Of a stretch of 64,000 nt of DNA, positions 31,588-40,748 are shown piece after piece. Location: positions 80,922-144,921 of the forward strand of contig CAJFRY010000001.1 in assembly GCA_904419545.1 (NCBI GenBank). Direction: 5' to 3'. The DNA is from Candidatus Woodwardiibium gallinarum (GTDB taxonomy: Bacteria > Bacillota > Clostridia > Oscillospirales > CAG-382). Numbering within the stretch: the stretch's first letter is position 1; each line of letters begins with the position of its first letter. Position numbers and translations under genes: made by a program. The notes beneath the pieces were generated by a model that made no database searches, had not been told where the DNA came from, and was given only the letters and a program-made list of their open reading frames with translations.

Positions 31588-33467
31588 GAGGGACGGACTT
31601 GAACAGCTTTTTTGACATTGAACAGAGGGCTGCGGGCTATGTCCGGCTCCTGACGGACAAACGCGAGACGCCGCTGCGCTATACCCGCGCGGGCGAACCC
31701 TTTGCGCTTTTGCTCCGCCTGCGCTGTCCGCCGGCGTTCACCCGTGCGCGCTTTTATCTCGGAAATGACGACGGCATCCTCGTGCAGGGTGCGGAGACAT
31801 CGGTCTTGCGGGAAAGGGAGACGACGCTGCTGCGTTCGCCGGACTGTACGCTGGATAAGGGCCTGTATTTCTTCCATTTTGAACTGGAGACCGAAAACGG
31901 CCTGCGTTATACCAGCGAGGAGATGTTCGGCTGCACGCTCGCGGACCGTTTCAGCGGCGAGTGGCAGCTCCTTGTTTACGACGAAGAACCTGCGCGCCCG
32001 GATGACCCCGGTATCATTTACCACGTTTTTGTCGACCGCTTCCGCAAAGCGGGCGACGTCCCCCGCCGGCCGGACGCGGTCTACCGCGAGGACTGGGGGG
32101 GCGGGATCCCTGAATATGCCGATGTGAAGGGCGGATTTCTGCGCAACAACAGCTTTTTCGGCGGCACGCTTTACGGCGTGACCGAAAAGCTCGAATACAT
32201 CCGCGCGCTTGGCGCGTCGGTGATTTATCTAAGTCCGGTGGCTGAGGCGTATTCCAACCATAAATATGACGTCGGGGATTTTATGAAGGTTGATGCGGGC
32301 TTCGGCGGCGACCGGGCGCTTGCCGAGCTGACCGAAAAGGCCGCTTCGCTGGGCATCCGTGTGATGCTGGACGGCGTGTTCAACCACGTCGGCGACAACA
32401 GCGTGTATTTTAACAAATATGGGACGTATCCGTCGATCGGCGCGTACCAGTCGAAGGAGTCGCCGTATGCGGATTGGTTCACGTTTTATCGATTCCCTGA
32501 TCTGTACGAATGCTGGTGGGGCGTGACCAATCTGCCTAAGGTTCGCAAAACGCCGGAATATCAGGCATTCATCACCGAGCAGGTCATCCCGCATTATATG
32601 CGTCTCGGCGTCGGCGGCTGGCGGCTGGACGTTGTGGACGAATACAGCGGCGCTTTTCTGGAAGGCATCACCCGCGCCGTCCGCGCCTGTGATCCGCAGG
32701 CGCCCGTGATCGGCGAGGTCTGGGAGGATGCGAGCTGTAAGGTTGCTTACGGCGAGCGGAAAAACTATTTCTGCGGCGGTCGTCTCGACGGCGTGACCAA
32801 TTATCCGCTGCGTGACGCGCTCATCGCCTTCCTGACCGGCCGTGACACGCAGACTTTGGCCTTGACGCTGCACGCGCAGTATCTCCGCTATCCCGCCGCG
32901 CACCGCCGCAGCCTGATGAACATGCTCGGCTCGCATGATACGGTGCGTATCGTTAACGCGCTCGCCGGCGCTGACGGAGAGGGCTTGTCCGAGGCGGAAC
33001 GCGCCGCGCTGCGGCTGACCGCCGCGCAGCGGCAGTCCGCTGTCCGCGCGCTGAAGGCTGCGTATCTGTTCCTGTGCGCGCAGGTCGGTTGGCCCTGCCT
33101 GTATTACGGAGACGAGACAGCGCTCGAGGGCTGCGCTGATCCCTTTTGCCGCCGTCCCTATCCGTGGGGTTCGGCCGACGCTGAGTTGATCGGCTATTTT
33201 CGCCGCTGTGCAGCCATGCGCAGAGAATACGGCCTTGGCTTTTATACGTCGGAGTATGTGCTGGATGCGCCGGAGGGTGTGTTTGCCGCCGTTTATGAAC
33301 AGGAAACGCGGCGCTTTCTCGTCATCCTCAACGGGCGGGAAGAAAATTTTTCTTTTGAAGAAAAAGGTCTTTACAAAGACATACTCGACAGTGTAATATA
33401 TGATACGAAACTAACGGTAAAGGAAAAGAGCTGCGCGGTTTTTGTGCGGCTCGCGGAAAAATCATGA
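31584..33467 (+). CDS. GH13 glycoside hydrolase (neopullulanase/amylopullulanase-like, probable debranching role)
   Basis: FVDRF, SNHKYD, LDGVFNH, GWRLDVVDE, GEVWEDA, GSHDT, YYGDE; start could be TTG 31599. Confidence 0.9.
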   Translation: MRGTDLNSFFDIEQRAAGYVRLLTDKRETPLRYTRAGEPFALLLRLRCPPAFTRARFYLGNDDGILVQGAETSVLRERETTLLRSPDCTLDKGLYFFHFELETENGLRYTSEEMFGCTLADRFSGEWQLLVYDEEPARPDDPGIIYHVFVDRFRKAGDVPRRPDAVYREDWGGGIPEYADVKGGFLRNNSFFGGTLYGVTEKLEYIRALGASVIYLSPVAEAYSNHKYDVGDFMKVDAGFGGDRALAELTEKAASLGIRVMLDGVFNHVGDNSVYFNKYGTYPSIGAYQSKESPYADWFTFYRFPDLYECWWGVTNLPKVRKTPEYQAFITEQVIPHYMRLGVGGWRLDVVDEYSGAFLEGITRAVRACDPQAPVIGEVWEDASCKVAYGERKNYFCGGRLDGVTNYPLRDALIAFLTGRDTQTLALTLHAQYLRYPAAHRRSLMNMLGSHDTVRIVNALAGADGEGLSEAERAALRLTAAQRQSAVRALKAAYLFLCAQVGWPCLYYGDETALEGCADPFCRRPYPWGSADAELIGYFRRCAAMRREYGLGFYTSEYVLDAPEGVFAAVYEQETRRFLVILNGREENFSFEEKGLYKDILDSVIYDTKLTVKEKSCAVFVRLAEKS

Positions 33468-34204
33468 TCCAAAAACAGCTTGCCGAGGGTTTTGAGGCGC
33501 TCGGCATCCGAAGCGGCGACACGCTGCTTGTGCATTCCTCTCTCAAATCGCTTGAGGGTGCTTCGCCCGCCGACGTGATCGAGGCGCTGCTGGCGCTGCT
33601 CGGCCCGGAGGGCACGCTGATGCTGCCCACGCTTTCGTATCTGTATGCCAACCGGGACAATCCGGTTTTCGACGTCAGGCGCACGCCGTCCAACGTCGGC
33701 GCGATCCCGGAGTATTTCCGAACCGAGTATCCTGTTCTGCGCAGCCTGTGTCCGACGCATTCCTGCGCTGCCGTAGGGCTGCGTGCGGAATATCTCACCG
33801 GTTCGCACCATCTGGACGAAACACCCTGCGGCCCCAATTCGCCTTTTAGCCGTCTGCGGGATGCGGGCGGGAAGGTGCTGTTTATCGGCTGCGGTACGCG
33901 TCCGAATACTTCGATGCATGCCGTGGAGGAGCTGAGCCGGCCTCCCTATCTTTTCGGCCCGCCCGTCCGGTATCAAATGACAGACGCGGCAGGGCGGACA
34001 TATACTGCAATATGTATGTCGCACGGTTTTGCGGGAGTGTCGCAGCGCTATGAGCGGCTTGTGCCGCTGCTTCCCGAAGGCGGGTATGCTGCCGGAACCG
34101 TACATACCGCGCTTTGCGAGCTGATCGACGCATCGGCGATGTGGCGCACGGCGGATGCCAAATACCGTGCCGATCCGCTGTATTTTGTCGACACAGCAGA
34201 ATAA
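33464..34204 (+). CDS. AAC(3)-family (YokD-like) N-acetyltransferase
   Basis: GDTLLVHSSLKSL, GTLMLPT, RSLCPTHS, NTSMHAVEE; ATGA-coupled to the GH13 gene. Confidence 0.88.
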   Translation: MIQKQLAEGFEALGIRSGDTLLVHSSLKSLEGASPADVIEALLALLGPEGTLMLPTLSYLYANRDNPVFDVRRTPSNVGAIPEYFRTEYPVLRSLCPTHSCAAVGLRAEYLTGSHHLDETPCGPNSPFSRLRDAGGKVLFIGCGTRPNTSMHAVEELSRPPYLFGPPVRYQMTDAAGRTYTAICMSHGFAGVSQRYERLVPLLPEGGYAAGTVHTALCELIDASAMWRTADAKYRADPLYFVDTAE

Positions 34205-34227
34205 CCGACCGGCTTGGAGTTATTTTT

Positions 34228-35325
34228 ATGGACGAATTTCTGAAAACCATCTGCGGAGTATTTGCTCTTGAGGGCGTTTACCTTGGCAATGAAGTTATAA
34301 AATGCGGAAATATCAATGATACATACCGTATGGATCTGCGCACCGACAGCGGCTTGAAAAGCTATATCGTGCAGCGGATCAACCATAACGTTTTCCGTCA
34401 TCCGGAGCGGATCATTTCCAACGTCTGTGCCGTGACCGAGCATATCGCCAAAAAGCTGGAGCAGGCGCATGACCGCGATATCGGACGCAAGGTGCTCAAG
34501 CTCTACGTCACTACCGAGGGCAAGCATCTTTATATTTCGCCGGACGGAGACTACTGGCGTGTGATGAATTTCATTTATAACGCCGAGAGCCACGACCGCG
34601 GCGGCGTCCGCCTGCTGCATAAAACGGGGGAGGCGTTCGGTACCTTTCAGAGCCAGCTCTCCGATTTTCCGGCGGAGAAGCTGTACGAGACCATTCCCGA
34701 TTTTCACGACACCGAAAAGCGTTTTGATGCGCTTGAACAGTCTGCACGTGCGGACGCTGTGAAACGTTTGGACGACTGCCGCGGTGAGCTGGCGTATCTG
34801 CTTTCGATGCGCGACAGAACTCCCTTCTTCAAACAGGCGTATGCGCGCGGGGAAATTCCGATGCGTGTGACGCATAACGATACCAAGTGCAACAACGTTA
34901 TGTTTGATAAGGATACCAAGGAGCCGCTTGCCGTCATCGATCTCGATACCGTAATGCCGGGCTTTACCGCTTACGATTACGGCGACGCGGTGCGATTTGC
35001 CGCCAACACCGCTGCCGAGGACGAGCCGGACGTCTCTAAGGTTTCTCTTGACCTGCGGCTTTGCCGTGCGTTTACCGACGGGTTTGTCGGTAAGATTCGT
35101 GACCATCTCCGGCGTGAGGAAGTGAATACACTGCCCGACGGCCTGCTGCTGATCACGCTCGAGCTGGCCGCGCGTTTTCTGACCGACTATCTCGACGGCG
35201 ACCGGTATTTTAAGATCCGGACGAACGACCATAATCTTATACGCGCGCGCAATCAGATTGCACTGGCGCAGGATATCTGCCGGAAAATGGACGATTTGCG
35301 CGAAATTATCGCGCAGCAGGCGTAG
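34228..35325 (+). CDS. APH-fold phosphotransferase (N-acetylhexosamine kinase-like)
   Basis: GNINDTY, QRINHNVF, ETIPDFHDT, RVTHNDTKCNN, IDLDTVMPG, RFLTDYLDGD. Confidence 0.88.
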   Translation: MDEFLKTICGVFALEGVYLGNEVIKCGNINDTYRMDLRTDSGLKSYIVQRINHNVFRHPERIISNVCAVTEHIAKKLEQAHDRDIGRKVLKLYVTTEGKHLYISPDGDYWRVMNFIYNAESHDRGGVRLLHKTGEAFGTFQSQLSDFPAEKLYETIPDFHDTEKRFDALEQSARADAVKRLDDCRGELAYLLSMRDRTPFFKQAYARGEIPMRVTHNDTKCNNVMFDKDTKEPLAVIDLDTVMPGFTAYDYGDAVRFAANTAAEDEPDVSKVSLDLRLCRAFTDGFVGKIRDHLRREEVNTLPDGLLLITLELAARFLTDYLDGDRYFKIRTNDHNLIRARNQIALAQDICRKMDDLREIIAQQA

Positions 35326-35385
35326 AAGCGTGGGGAACGGTGTCGAAAAAAATTGAAAACTGTACAAAATATTTTCAAAATTCTA

Positions 35386-35413
35386 TTGACATTTCATTTA
35401 AATCGTGTATAAT
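35386..35413 (+). promoter_or_regulatory. sigma-A promoter of sigH-like gene
   Basis: TTGACA-16-TATAAT with extended TG. Confidence 0.75.
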
Positions 35414-35461
35414 TAGTATATCAATGAAAAACATTTTTTGGCGGTGTAACTCTTGATCGAA

Positions 35462-36049
35462 ATGGAAGAGAAAAAGCGCAGCGTTCTGCCCGCGGGTGAG
35501 GACAGGCTGATCGTTCAGGCAAAGGCCGGCTCTTCCGAGGCGTTCGCCGTATTGGCGCATAAATATATACCTTTGATTCAAAAACTTGTCGGCACCGCAG
35601 GGGTCCCGCCCTGTGAGCGCGATGATCTTTCGCAGGAGGCGCTCATCGGACTGCTGCGTGCCGTCAGGAGTTACGACAGCGAGTCGTCTTCATTCTCTAC
35701 ATATGCCTCACTTTGCATCAAACACAGTATTATCAGTGCATTGCGTAAGTACAGCCGCGTTTCCCATGTCTATCTTTCCGAATCGCCGCTGGAGCTGGCT
35801 TGTTCTGGCGGTGAAGTGAGTCCCGAAGCGGATCTGATGGATAAAGAAAGCGCAAAAGCGTTGTACGATACGGTTTCGACCATATTATCCCCATTGGAGG
35901 GCCGCGTCCTGGAAATGTATCTTTCAGGTACGTCTTATAAAATGATGGCGTCAGTTCTGTCCAAGGAGGTCAAGAGCATCGATAACGCCGTCCAAAGAAT
36001 AAAGGCCAAAATCAAACGGGCCGTCAGCACAGATAATACGCCTTGGTAG
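35462..36049 (+). CDS. sigH: SigH-like sigma-70 factor
   Basis: DDLSQEALIGLLRAVRSYD, SFSTYASLCI, LSPLE, KSIDNAVQRIK. Confidence 0.75.
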   Translation: MEEKKRSVLPAGEDRLIVQAKAGSSEAFAVLAHKYIPLIQKLVGTAGVPPCERDDLSQEALIGLLRAVRSYDSESSSFSTYASLCIKHSIISALRKYSRVSHVYLSESPLELACSGGEVSPEADLMDKESAKALYDTVSTILSPLEGRVLEMYLSGTSYKMMASVLSKEVKSIDNAVQRIKAKIKRAVSTDNTPW

Positions 36050-36135
36050 CTTAAAGAAAGCGATGCCGTCAAACGCATGATGTCGGTGCAAATCCGTCCG
36101 AAGGTAAAGAAATTTTTTCAAGCGAGGTAAAAAAC

Positions 36136-36411
36136 ATGTACGAAGACAAGACATTGGTCTGCAAGGATTGTGGAGCGGAATTCGTTTTCACGGCCGGCGA
36201 GCAGGAGTTTTACGCTTCCAGAGGGTTCCAGAACGAACCGCAGAGATGCAAGCCCTGCAGAGATGCAAAGAAAAACGCTGCGAGAGCGCCGCGGGAAATG
36301 TTCACCACCGTCTGCGCAAACTGCGGCAAGGAAGCCAAGGTTCCCTTCCAGCCTTCTGATGACAGGCCTGTCTATTGCAGCGAGTGCTACGCTGCGATGA
36401 AGAACAGCTGA
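36136..36411 (+). CDS. zinc-ribbon / CxxC-x17-CxxC domain protein
   Basis: DKTLVCKDCG..FTAGEQEFY..PQRCKPCR; CANCG..VPFQP..RPVYCSEC. Confidence 0.93.
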   Translation: MYEDKTLVCKDCGAEFVFTAGEQEFYASRGFQNEPQRCKPCRDAKKNAARAPREMFTTVCANCGKEAKVPFQPSDDRPVYCSECYAAMKNS

Positions 36412-36459
36412 AAGAGCCGTTATTTTAAGTCATTAAAATAAATCGCTTTCAAGGCTAAC

Positions 36460-36495
36460 ACAAGGTCCCGTTCTCTATTGAGAGCGGGACTTTGT
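36460..36495 (+). terminator. terminator
   Basis: ACAAGGTCCCGTTCTC / GAGAGCGGGACTTTGT. Confidence 0.75.
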
Positions 36496-36593
36496 TATCT
36501 TGGCGGAGGTAAGTTCGGCACGGCAGCCCGCAGGATGCCTTTTCCTGCGAACGGCAGGCATGATGCCCCTTTGGGCTTTGTTTGCGTTTTTTG

Positions 36594-36622
36594 TTGATTT
36601 CACATGCGGGTTGTGCTATAAT
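36594..36622 (+). promoter_or_regulatory. sigma-A promoter of ilvBN
   Basis: TTGATT-17-TATAAT with extended TG. Confidence 0.75.
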
Positions 36623-36736
36623 TGTCGTCAAGGGTGCTGCTTGGCGAAAAACAGGCGGCATGGAATCTGCGTTTGAACGGAGGACAAGCCTTGCGGCGCA
36701 GATACGGAATTGTCGGAAAGAAGGAGGCTGGCGGTA

Positions 36737-38281
36737 TTGAACGGTGCGGAAATTCTTGTTTCCTGCCTGAAGGAGCAGGGGGTCGATACGGTGTTCGGCT
36801 ATCCGGGCGGCAGCGTGCTGGCGGTGTATGACGCGTTGGGACGCGACGGCTCTGTGCGCCTTGTTACAAGTTGCCATGAGCAGTTTGCCTGTCATGCCGC
36901 AGACGGCTACGCGCGTGCGACCGGCCGGGTCGGTGTTGTGCTTGCGACCAGCGGCCCCGGCGCGACGAATCTTGTCACCGGCATCGCCAATGCGTATATG
37001 GATTCGACGCCGTTGATTGCCATTACCGGGAACGTCTCGCTTGAGCAGCTCGGGCGCGATTCGTTTCAGGAAATCGATATCGCGGGCGTGACAATGCCCA
37101 TCACCAAACACAATTATATAGTCAAGTCGGTCGGCGAGCTGGCGCATACGGTGCGCGAAGCGTTTTATTACGCCGCCTCCGGCCGCCGCGGGCCGATTCT
37201 GATCGATATTCCGAAAAATATCTTTGACGAGTCGTGCGACTATGTGCCGGCTTCACGCCGTGCACCGTTCAAACCTGCACCGAATGCCTCGGGACTGCGG
37301 GATGCGGCGGCCGTGCTTGCTGCGGCGAAGCGTCCCTTTCTCTGCGGCGGCGGCGGCATCATCAGCGCGGGCGCGGCGAAGGAGTTCCGTGTATTCGCCG
37401 AGCGGCTCCAGGCGCCGGTCGGACTGACGGCAATGGGCATCGGCGCTTTCCCGCGCGACCATGTACTTTGTACCGGTGTCGTCGGTATGCACCCTTCTGC
37501 TTATACCTGTGATGCGATGCGGGGCTGCGACTTGTTTGTGGGAGTGGGGACGCGCTTTTCCGAACGTCTGATGGCCAATGTCAACGGCTATTCGCCGGAG
37601 GCAAAGATTCTGCATATCGATATTGATGCGTCCGAGATCGGAAAAAACGCCGCCGTCAGTGCCGCAGTCTGCGGTGATCTCAAGGCGGCGCTTCGGGCGC
37701 TCAATCGCGGACTTGCGCAGCGTTCGCCTTGGCTTGCACCGCCGGGCACGCCGCAGCCCCACGTTTCGTTCGTTTTCCGCGTCCTGTCCGAACTGTGTGG
37801 GGATGCGGTGTTTACCACCGAGGTCGGCCTTCATCAGCTTGCTGCCTGCGAGGGACTGCGCATCAACCATCCGCGCCGGTTTTTGACCAGCGGCGGACTG
37901 GGCGCGATGGGTTTCGGACTGGGCGCGGCAATCGGCGCTTGTATCGGTACCGGCCGGCTGGCCGTCAATATCAGCGGCGACGGCAGTCTGAATATGAATT
38001 TGCAGGAAATTGCGACGGCTGTCCGTTACCGGCTGCCGTTGATTGAGGTCGTCTGCGACAACCGGCAGCTTGGAATGATCACCGCCTGGCAGGACAGCCG
38101 CTTCGACGGTCGGCATATGGAGAACGCTACGCCGGAAATCGACTATGAGGCCGTTGCCCGTGCTATGGGGGCGGACGGTTATACGGTACGGGACGAAACA
38201 GAGTTCCGCGCTGCGCTTCGGACGGCCAAGCGCATAAAACGCCCGGCAGTCATCCGGGTTTTGACGGAGGTTTCTCTATGA
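36737..38281 (+). CDS. ilvB: acetolactate synthase large subunit
   Basis: FGYPGG, HEQ, TSGPGATN, TSGGLGAMGFG, TPP motif GDGS..N; TTG start after AGGAGG. Confidence 0.92.
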   Translation: MNGAEILVSCLKEQGVDTVFGYPGGSVLAVYDALGRDGSVRLVTSCHEQFACHAADGYARATGRVGVVLATSGPGATNLVTGIANAYMDSTPLIAITGNVSLEQLGRDSFQEIDIAGVTMPITKHNYIVKSVGELAHTVREAFYYAASGRRGPILIDIPKNIFDESCDYVPASRRAPFKPAPNASGLRDAAAVLAAAKRPFLCGGGGIISAGAAKEFRVFAERLQAPVGLTAMGIGAFPRDHVLCTGVVGMHPSAYTCDAMRGCDLFVGVGTRFSERLMANVNGYSPEAKILHIDIDASEIGKNAAVSAAVCGDLKAALRALNRGLAQRSPWLAPPGTPQPHVSFVFRVLSELCGDAVFTTEVGLHQLAACEGLRINHPRRFLTSGGLGAMGFGLGAAIGACIGTGRLAVNISGDGSLNMNLQEIATAVRYRLPLIEVVCDNRQLGMITAWQDSRFDGRHMENATPEIDYEAVARAMGADGYTVRDETEFRAALRTAKRIKRPAVIRVLTEVSL

Positions 38282-38793
38282 CGGCAGAAAACGAATCGAT
38301 GCGGAATTATATTCTCAGCGTGATGGTCAACAACCATTTCGGCGTGCTGACGCGGATTTCCGGTTTGTTTGCACGGCGCGGCTATAACATCAAAAGCCTT
38401 ACCGTCGGTGAGACGCAGGACGAGCGCATCTCGCGGATGACAATCGAATTTTACGGCGATGAGCATACAAACGAGCAGATTCAAAATCAGCTCCGCAAGG
38501 TCGTGGACGTTGTTTCCGTCACCGAGCTGCGCCGGGATTCCTCGGTCTGCCGCGAGCTGTATCTGCTTAAGGTCAGGGCAACCGACAAGACGCGTGCCGC
38601 GCTTGTGCAGATTGCAGATATTTTCCGCGCCAAAACCGTCGATGTGGCGTCCGACAGCCTGATTTTTGAAATTGCCGGTGACGAAGAAAAGCTGAAGGCT
38701 TTTTATTCCAATATGAAAAAATACGGTGTTCTTGAGGTCGCGCGCACCGGCGTTACTGCGATGGCGCGCGGCCGGCTCGACAACGATATATAA
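38278..38793 (+). CDS. ilvN: acetolactate synthase small subunit
   Basis: VNNHFGVLTRISGLFARRGYNI, EVARTG. Confidence 0.95.
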   Translation: MTAENESMRNYILSVMVNNHFGVLTRISGLFARRGYNIKSLTVGETQDERISRMTIEFYGDEHTNEQIQNQLRKVVDVVSVTELRRDSSVCRELYLLKVRATDKTRAALVQIADIFRAKTVDVASDSLIFEIAGDEEKLKAFYSNMKKYGVLEVARTGVTAMARGRLDNDI

Positions 38794-38952
38794 ACGGATT
38801 CAAACCGTTTTATTACCCGCGGCAATTGCGTCAAACAACAGTCGTTGTACGGCGTATTCTCCTGACGCATTTGCCCGGGCCGTCATCCGCTTTACAATGA
38901 CGGAGAAAAATGAAATTTTAATCCAATATACGTATAAACGCGGTACCTTCGG

Positions 38953-38985
38953 CGGCTCCCCTAACAATAAGGGGAGCCGTTTTTT
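38953..38985 (+). terminator. ilvBN terminator
   Basis: CGGCTCCCCT / AGGGGAGCCG plus T6. Confidence 0.85.
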
Positions 38986-39036
38986 GCTGCCTTTCAAACA
39001 TATTCCGGGAAATATCCCCCACTTTTAAATTTAATA

Positions 39037-39092
39037 TCTCTATATATTGTATTTATTTGAGAAATATACCAATTATAAACTATATATTGTGT
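39037..39092. promoter_or_regulatory. tandem NrdR-box-like sites
   Basis: CTATATATTGT at 39040 and 39080 (40-bp period), matching acaCwAtATaTwGtg. Confidence 0.65.
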
Positions 39093-39130
39093 TTTTAAAA
39101 AACAATAAATATATAATGACCGCTCCCGCA

Positions 39131-39182
39131 AGAACGGGCGTTCGTTTACATAATTATTCTTAAAAACGCGAACGCTTGTTCG
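39131..39182. promoter_or_regulatory. two Firmicute LexA (Cheo) boxes
   Basis: AGAAC-GGGC-GTTCG (39131-44) and CGAAC-GCTT-GTTCG (39169-82). Confidence 0.65.
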
Positions 39183-39281
39183 CCGAAATTGGATTGGTAT
39201 TGCTTGTATTATTTGGAATTTATCAATCGGTAATTTGATTTACATAATCACAAAAAAATTACGGAAATTTCCGAAAAGGTA

Positions 39282-39336
39282 TTGCATTTTCTCTTGACCT
39301 ATATTATAATAGCGGTAAAGGTGGGGGAAAGTGGGG
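39282..39336 (+). promoter_or_regulatory. mraZ promoter with MraZ-binding GTGG repeats
   Basis: TTGCAT-17-TATAAT (39282-39310); GTGG at 39321 and 39331 (10-bp period), degenerate GCGG at 39312. Confidence 0.8.
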
Positions 39337-39388
39337 CATTTTTCTGTTTTCTCCGCTCTGAAGCATTTGGAGAAAGGGGAGGGACCTG

Positions 39389-39808
39389 TTGTTCGTCGGC
39401 GAATATAAGCACACGATCGATGAAAAAAACCGTATTTTTATTCCTTCCCGTCTCAGGAGCGAATTGGGCGAGCGCTTTATGGTTACAAAGGGCTTCGACC
39501 GTTGCCTGTTTGTTTTTCCGATGGCAAAATGGGAGGCGTTTGCTGCCAAGATTGCTGCGCTGCCAATGGTTAAAAATCGCCGTGAGCGGCTGTATTTCTT
39601 TTCCAATGCGGCCGAATGCACGCTGGATTCGCAGGGACGCGTGACGGTTTCGCCGCTGCTGAAGGAATTTGCGGGCATCGTGAAGGATGTCACCGTCGTC
39701 GGCAACGATGATCGAATTGAGCTTTGGGCGGGCGAGATTTGGAATGAGGAACAGGACAAGCTGGACCCCGCATCGATTGCCGAGTCGCTCATAGAAGCCG
39801 GCCTGTAA
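39389..39808 (+). CDS. mraZ: division/cell wall cluster regulator MraZ
   Basis: MFVGEYKHTIDEKNRIFIPSRLR, LDSQGRV, RIELW. Confidence 0.96.
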   Translation: MFVGEYKHTIDEKNRIFIPSRLRSELGERFMVTKGFDRCLFVFPMAKWEAFAAKIAALPMVKNRRERLYFFSNAAECTLDSQGRVTVSPLLKEFAGIVKDVTVVGNDDRIELWAGEIWNEEQDKLDPASIAESLIEAGL

Positions 39809-39813
39809 TCGGT

Positions 39814-40737
39814 ATGGAATTCAGACATTATTCGGTGATGCTGGAGGAATGCATCGCCGCGTTGAACATAAAGGAAAACGGAATTTATCTCGACTGTACG
39901 CTGGGCGGCTGTGGTCATACCCGGCGCATCCTTGAAGCATTGCCGTCCGTCCGTGTGATCGGACTGGACCGCGATGACGACGCCATTGCCAACGCGCGAA
40001 ATACGCTCACCGACCCGCGTTTCACTGCCGTCAAAGCCAATTTTGCGTCTGCTTGCGGCGTGCTTGACAGTTTGGGCGTGCAGACGGTCGACGGCGTGCT
40101 GATGGATCTCGGCGTGTCTTCTTATCAGTTGGACAACGCCGACCGCGGTTTTTCCTATATGAAGGATGCGCCGCTGGATATGCGAATGGACAGAAGCGGC
40201 GGCATCACGGCATATGACGTGGTCAATGGCTATTCCGAGCCGGAGCTGGTGCGCATTCTTACTTTGTATGGGGAAGAGCGTTTTGCCCGACGGATTGCAT
40301 CCCGCATTTGTGATGCACGCGCAGCGAAGCCGATTGAAAGTACGCTTGAGCTGGCAAGGCTTGCTTCGGCTGCTATACCGGCCAAAAACCGCAGCGAGGG
40401 TCATCCGGCACGCCGCACGTTTCAAGCCGTCCGTATTGAGGTCAACGGTGAACTGGCCGTGCTTGAAGAGAGTATCCGCGCGCTGACCGAGCGGCTTTCT
40501 GCCGGCGGCCGTTTTGCGGTCATCAGCTTTCATTCGCTTGAGGACCGCATTGTCAAGTCGACCTTCGCGTCATTGGCCGATCCCTGTGTTTGCCCGCGGG
40601 ATTTGCCCGTCTGTGCCTGCGGCCGCAAGCCGTCGGTGCGTATACTGACCAAAAAGCCGATCCTGCCGTCCGAACGTGAAAACGCGGAAAATAATCGCTC
40701 GCACAGCGCCAAGCTGCGGGTTGCGGAAAAATTGTAA
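39814..40737 (+). CDS. rsmH: 16S rRNA m4C1402 methyltransferase
   Basis: DCTLGGCGH, DLGVSSYQLD, PLDMRMD, ISFHSLEDR, SAKLR. Confidence 0.98.
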   Translation: MEFRHYSVMLEECIAALNIKENGIYLDCTLGGCGHTRRILEALPSVRVIGLDRDDDAIANARNTLTDPRFTAVKANFASACGVLDSLGVQTVDGVLMDLGVSSYQLDNADRGFSYMKDAPLDMRMDRSGGITAYDVVNGYSEPELVRILTLYGEERFARRIASRICDARAAKPIESTLELARLASAAIPAKNRSEGHPARRTFQAVRIEVNGELAVLEESIRALTERLSAGGRFAVISFHSLEDRIVKSTFASLADPCVCPRDLPVCACGRKPSVRILTKKPILPSERENAENNRSHSAKLRVAEKL

Positions 40738-40748
40738 AAGGGGACGTT

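Noticed and set aside
33464-35325. Acquired aminoglycoside resistance cassette
   Set aside because: Host-like composition, operonic with glg genes, no mobile element; motifs fit housekeeping subfamilies.
38796-38985. 6S RNA or c-di-GMP-I riboswitch
   Set aside because: Lacks recognisable 6S central-bubble motifs and the GNRA/receptor layout; GGCAAA and GACGCAA are simply arms of one stem. Kept only as an unknown structure.
38800-38997. 65-aa minus-strand ORF as target of the NrdR-like promoter
   Set aside because: No good RBS, runs through the ilvN terminator, no protein-like motif.
39000-39280. Replication origin
   Set aside because: AT-rich, but no TTATCCACA box cluster and no dnaA/dnaN context.
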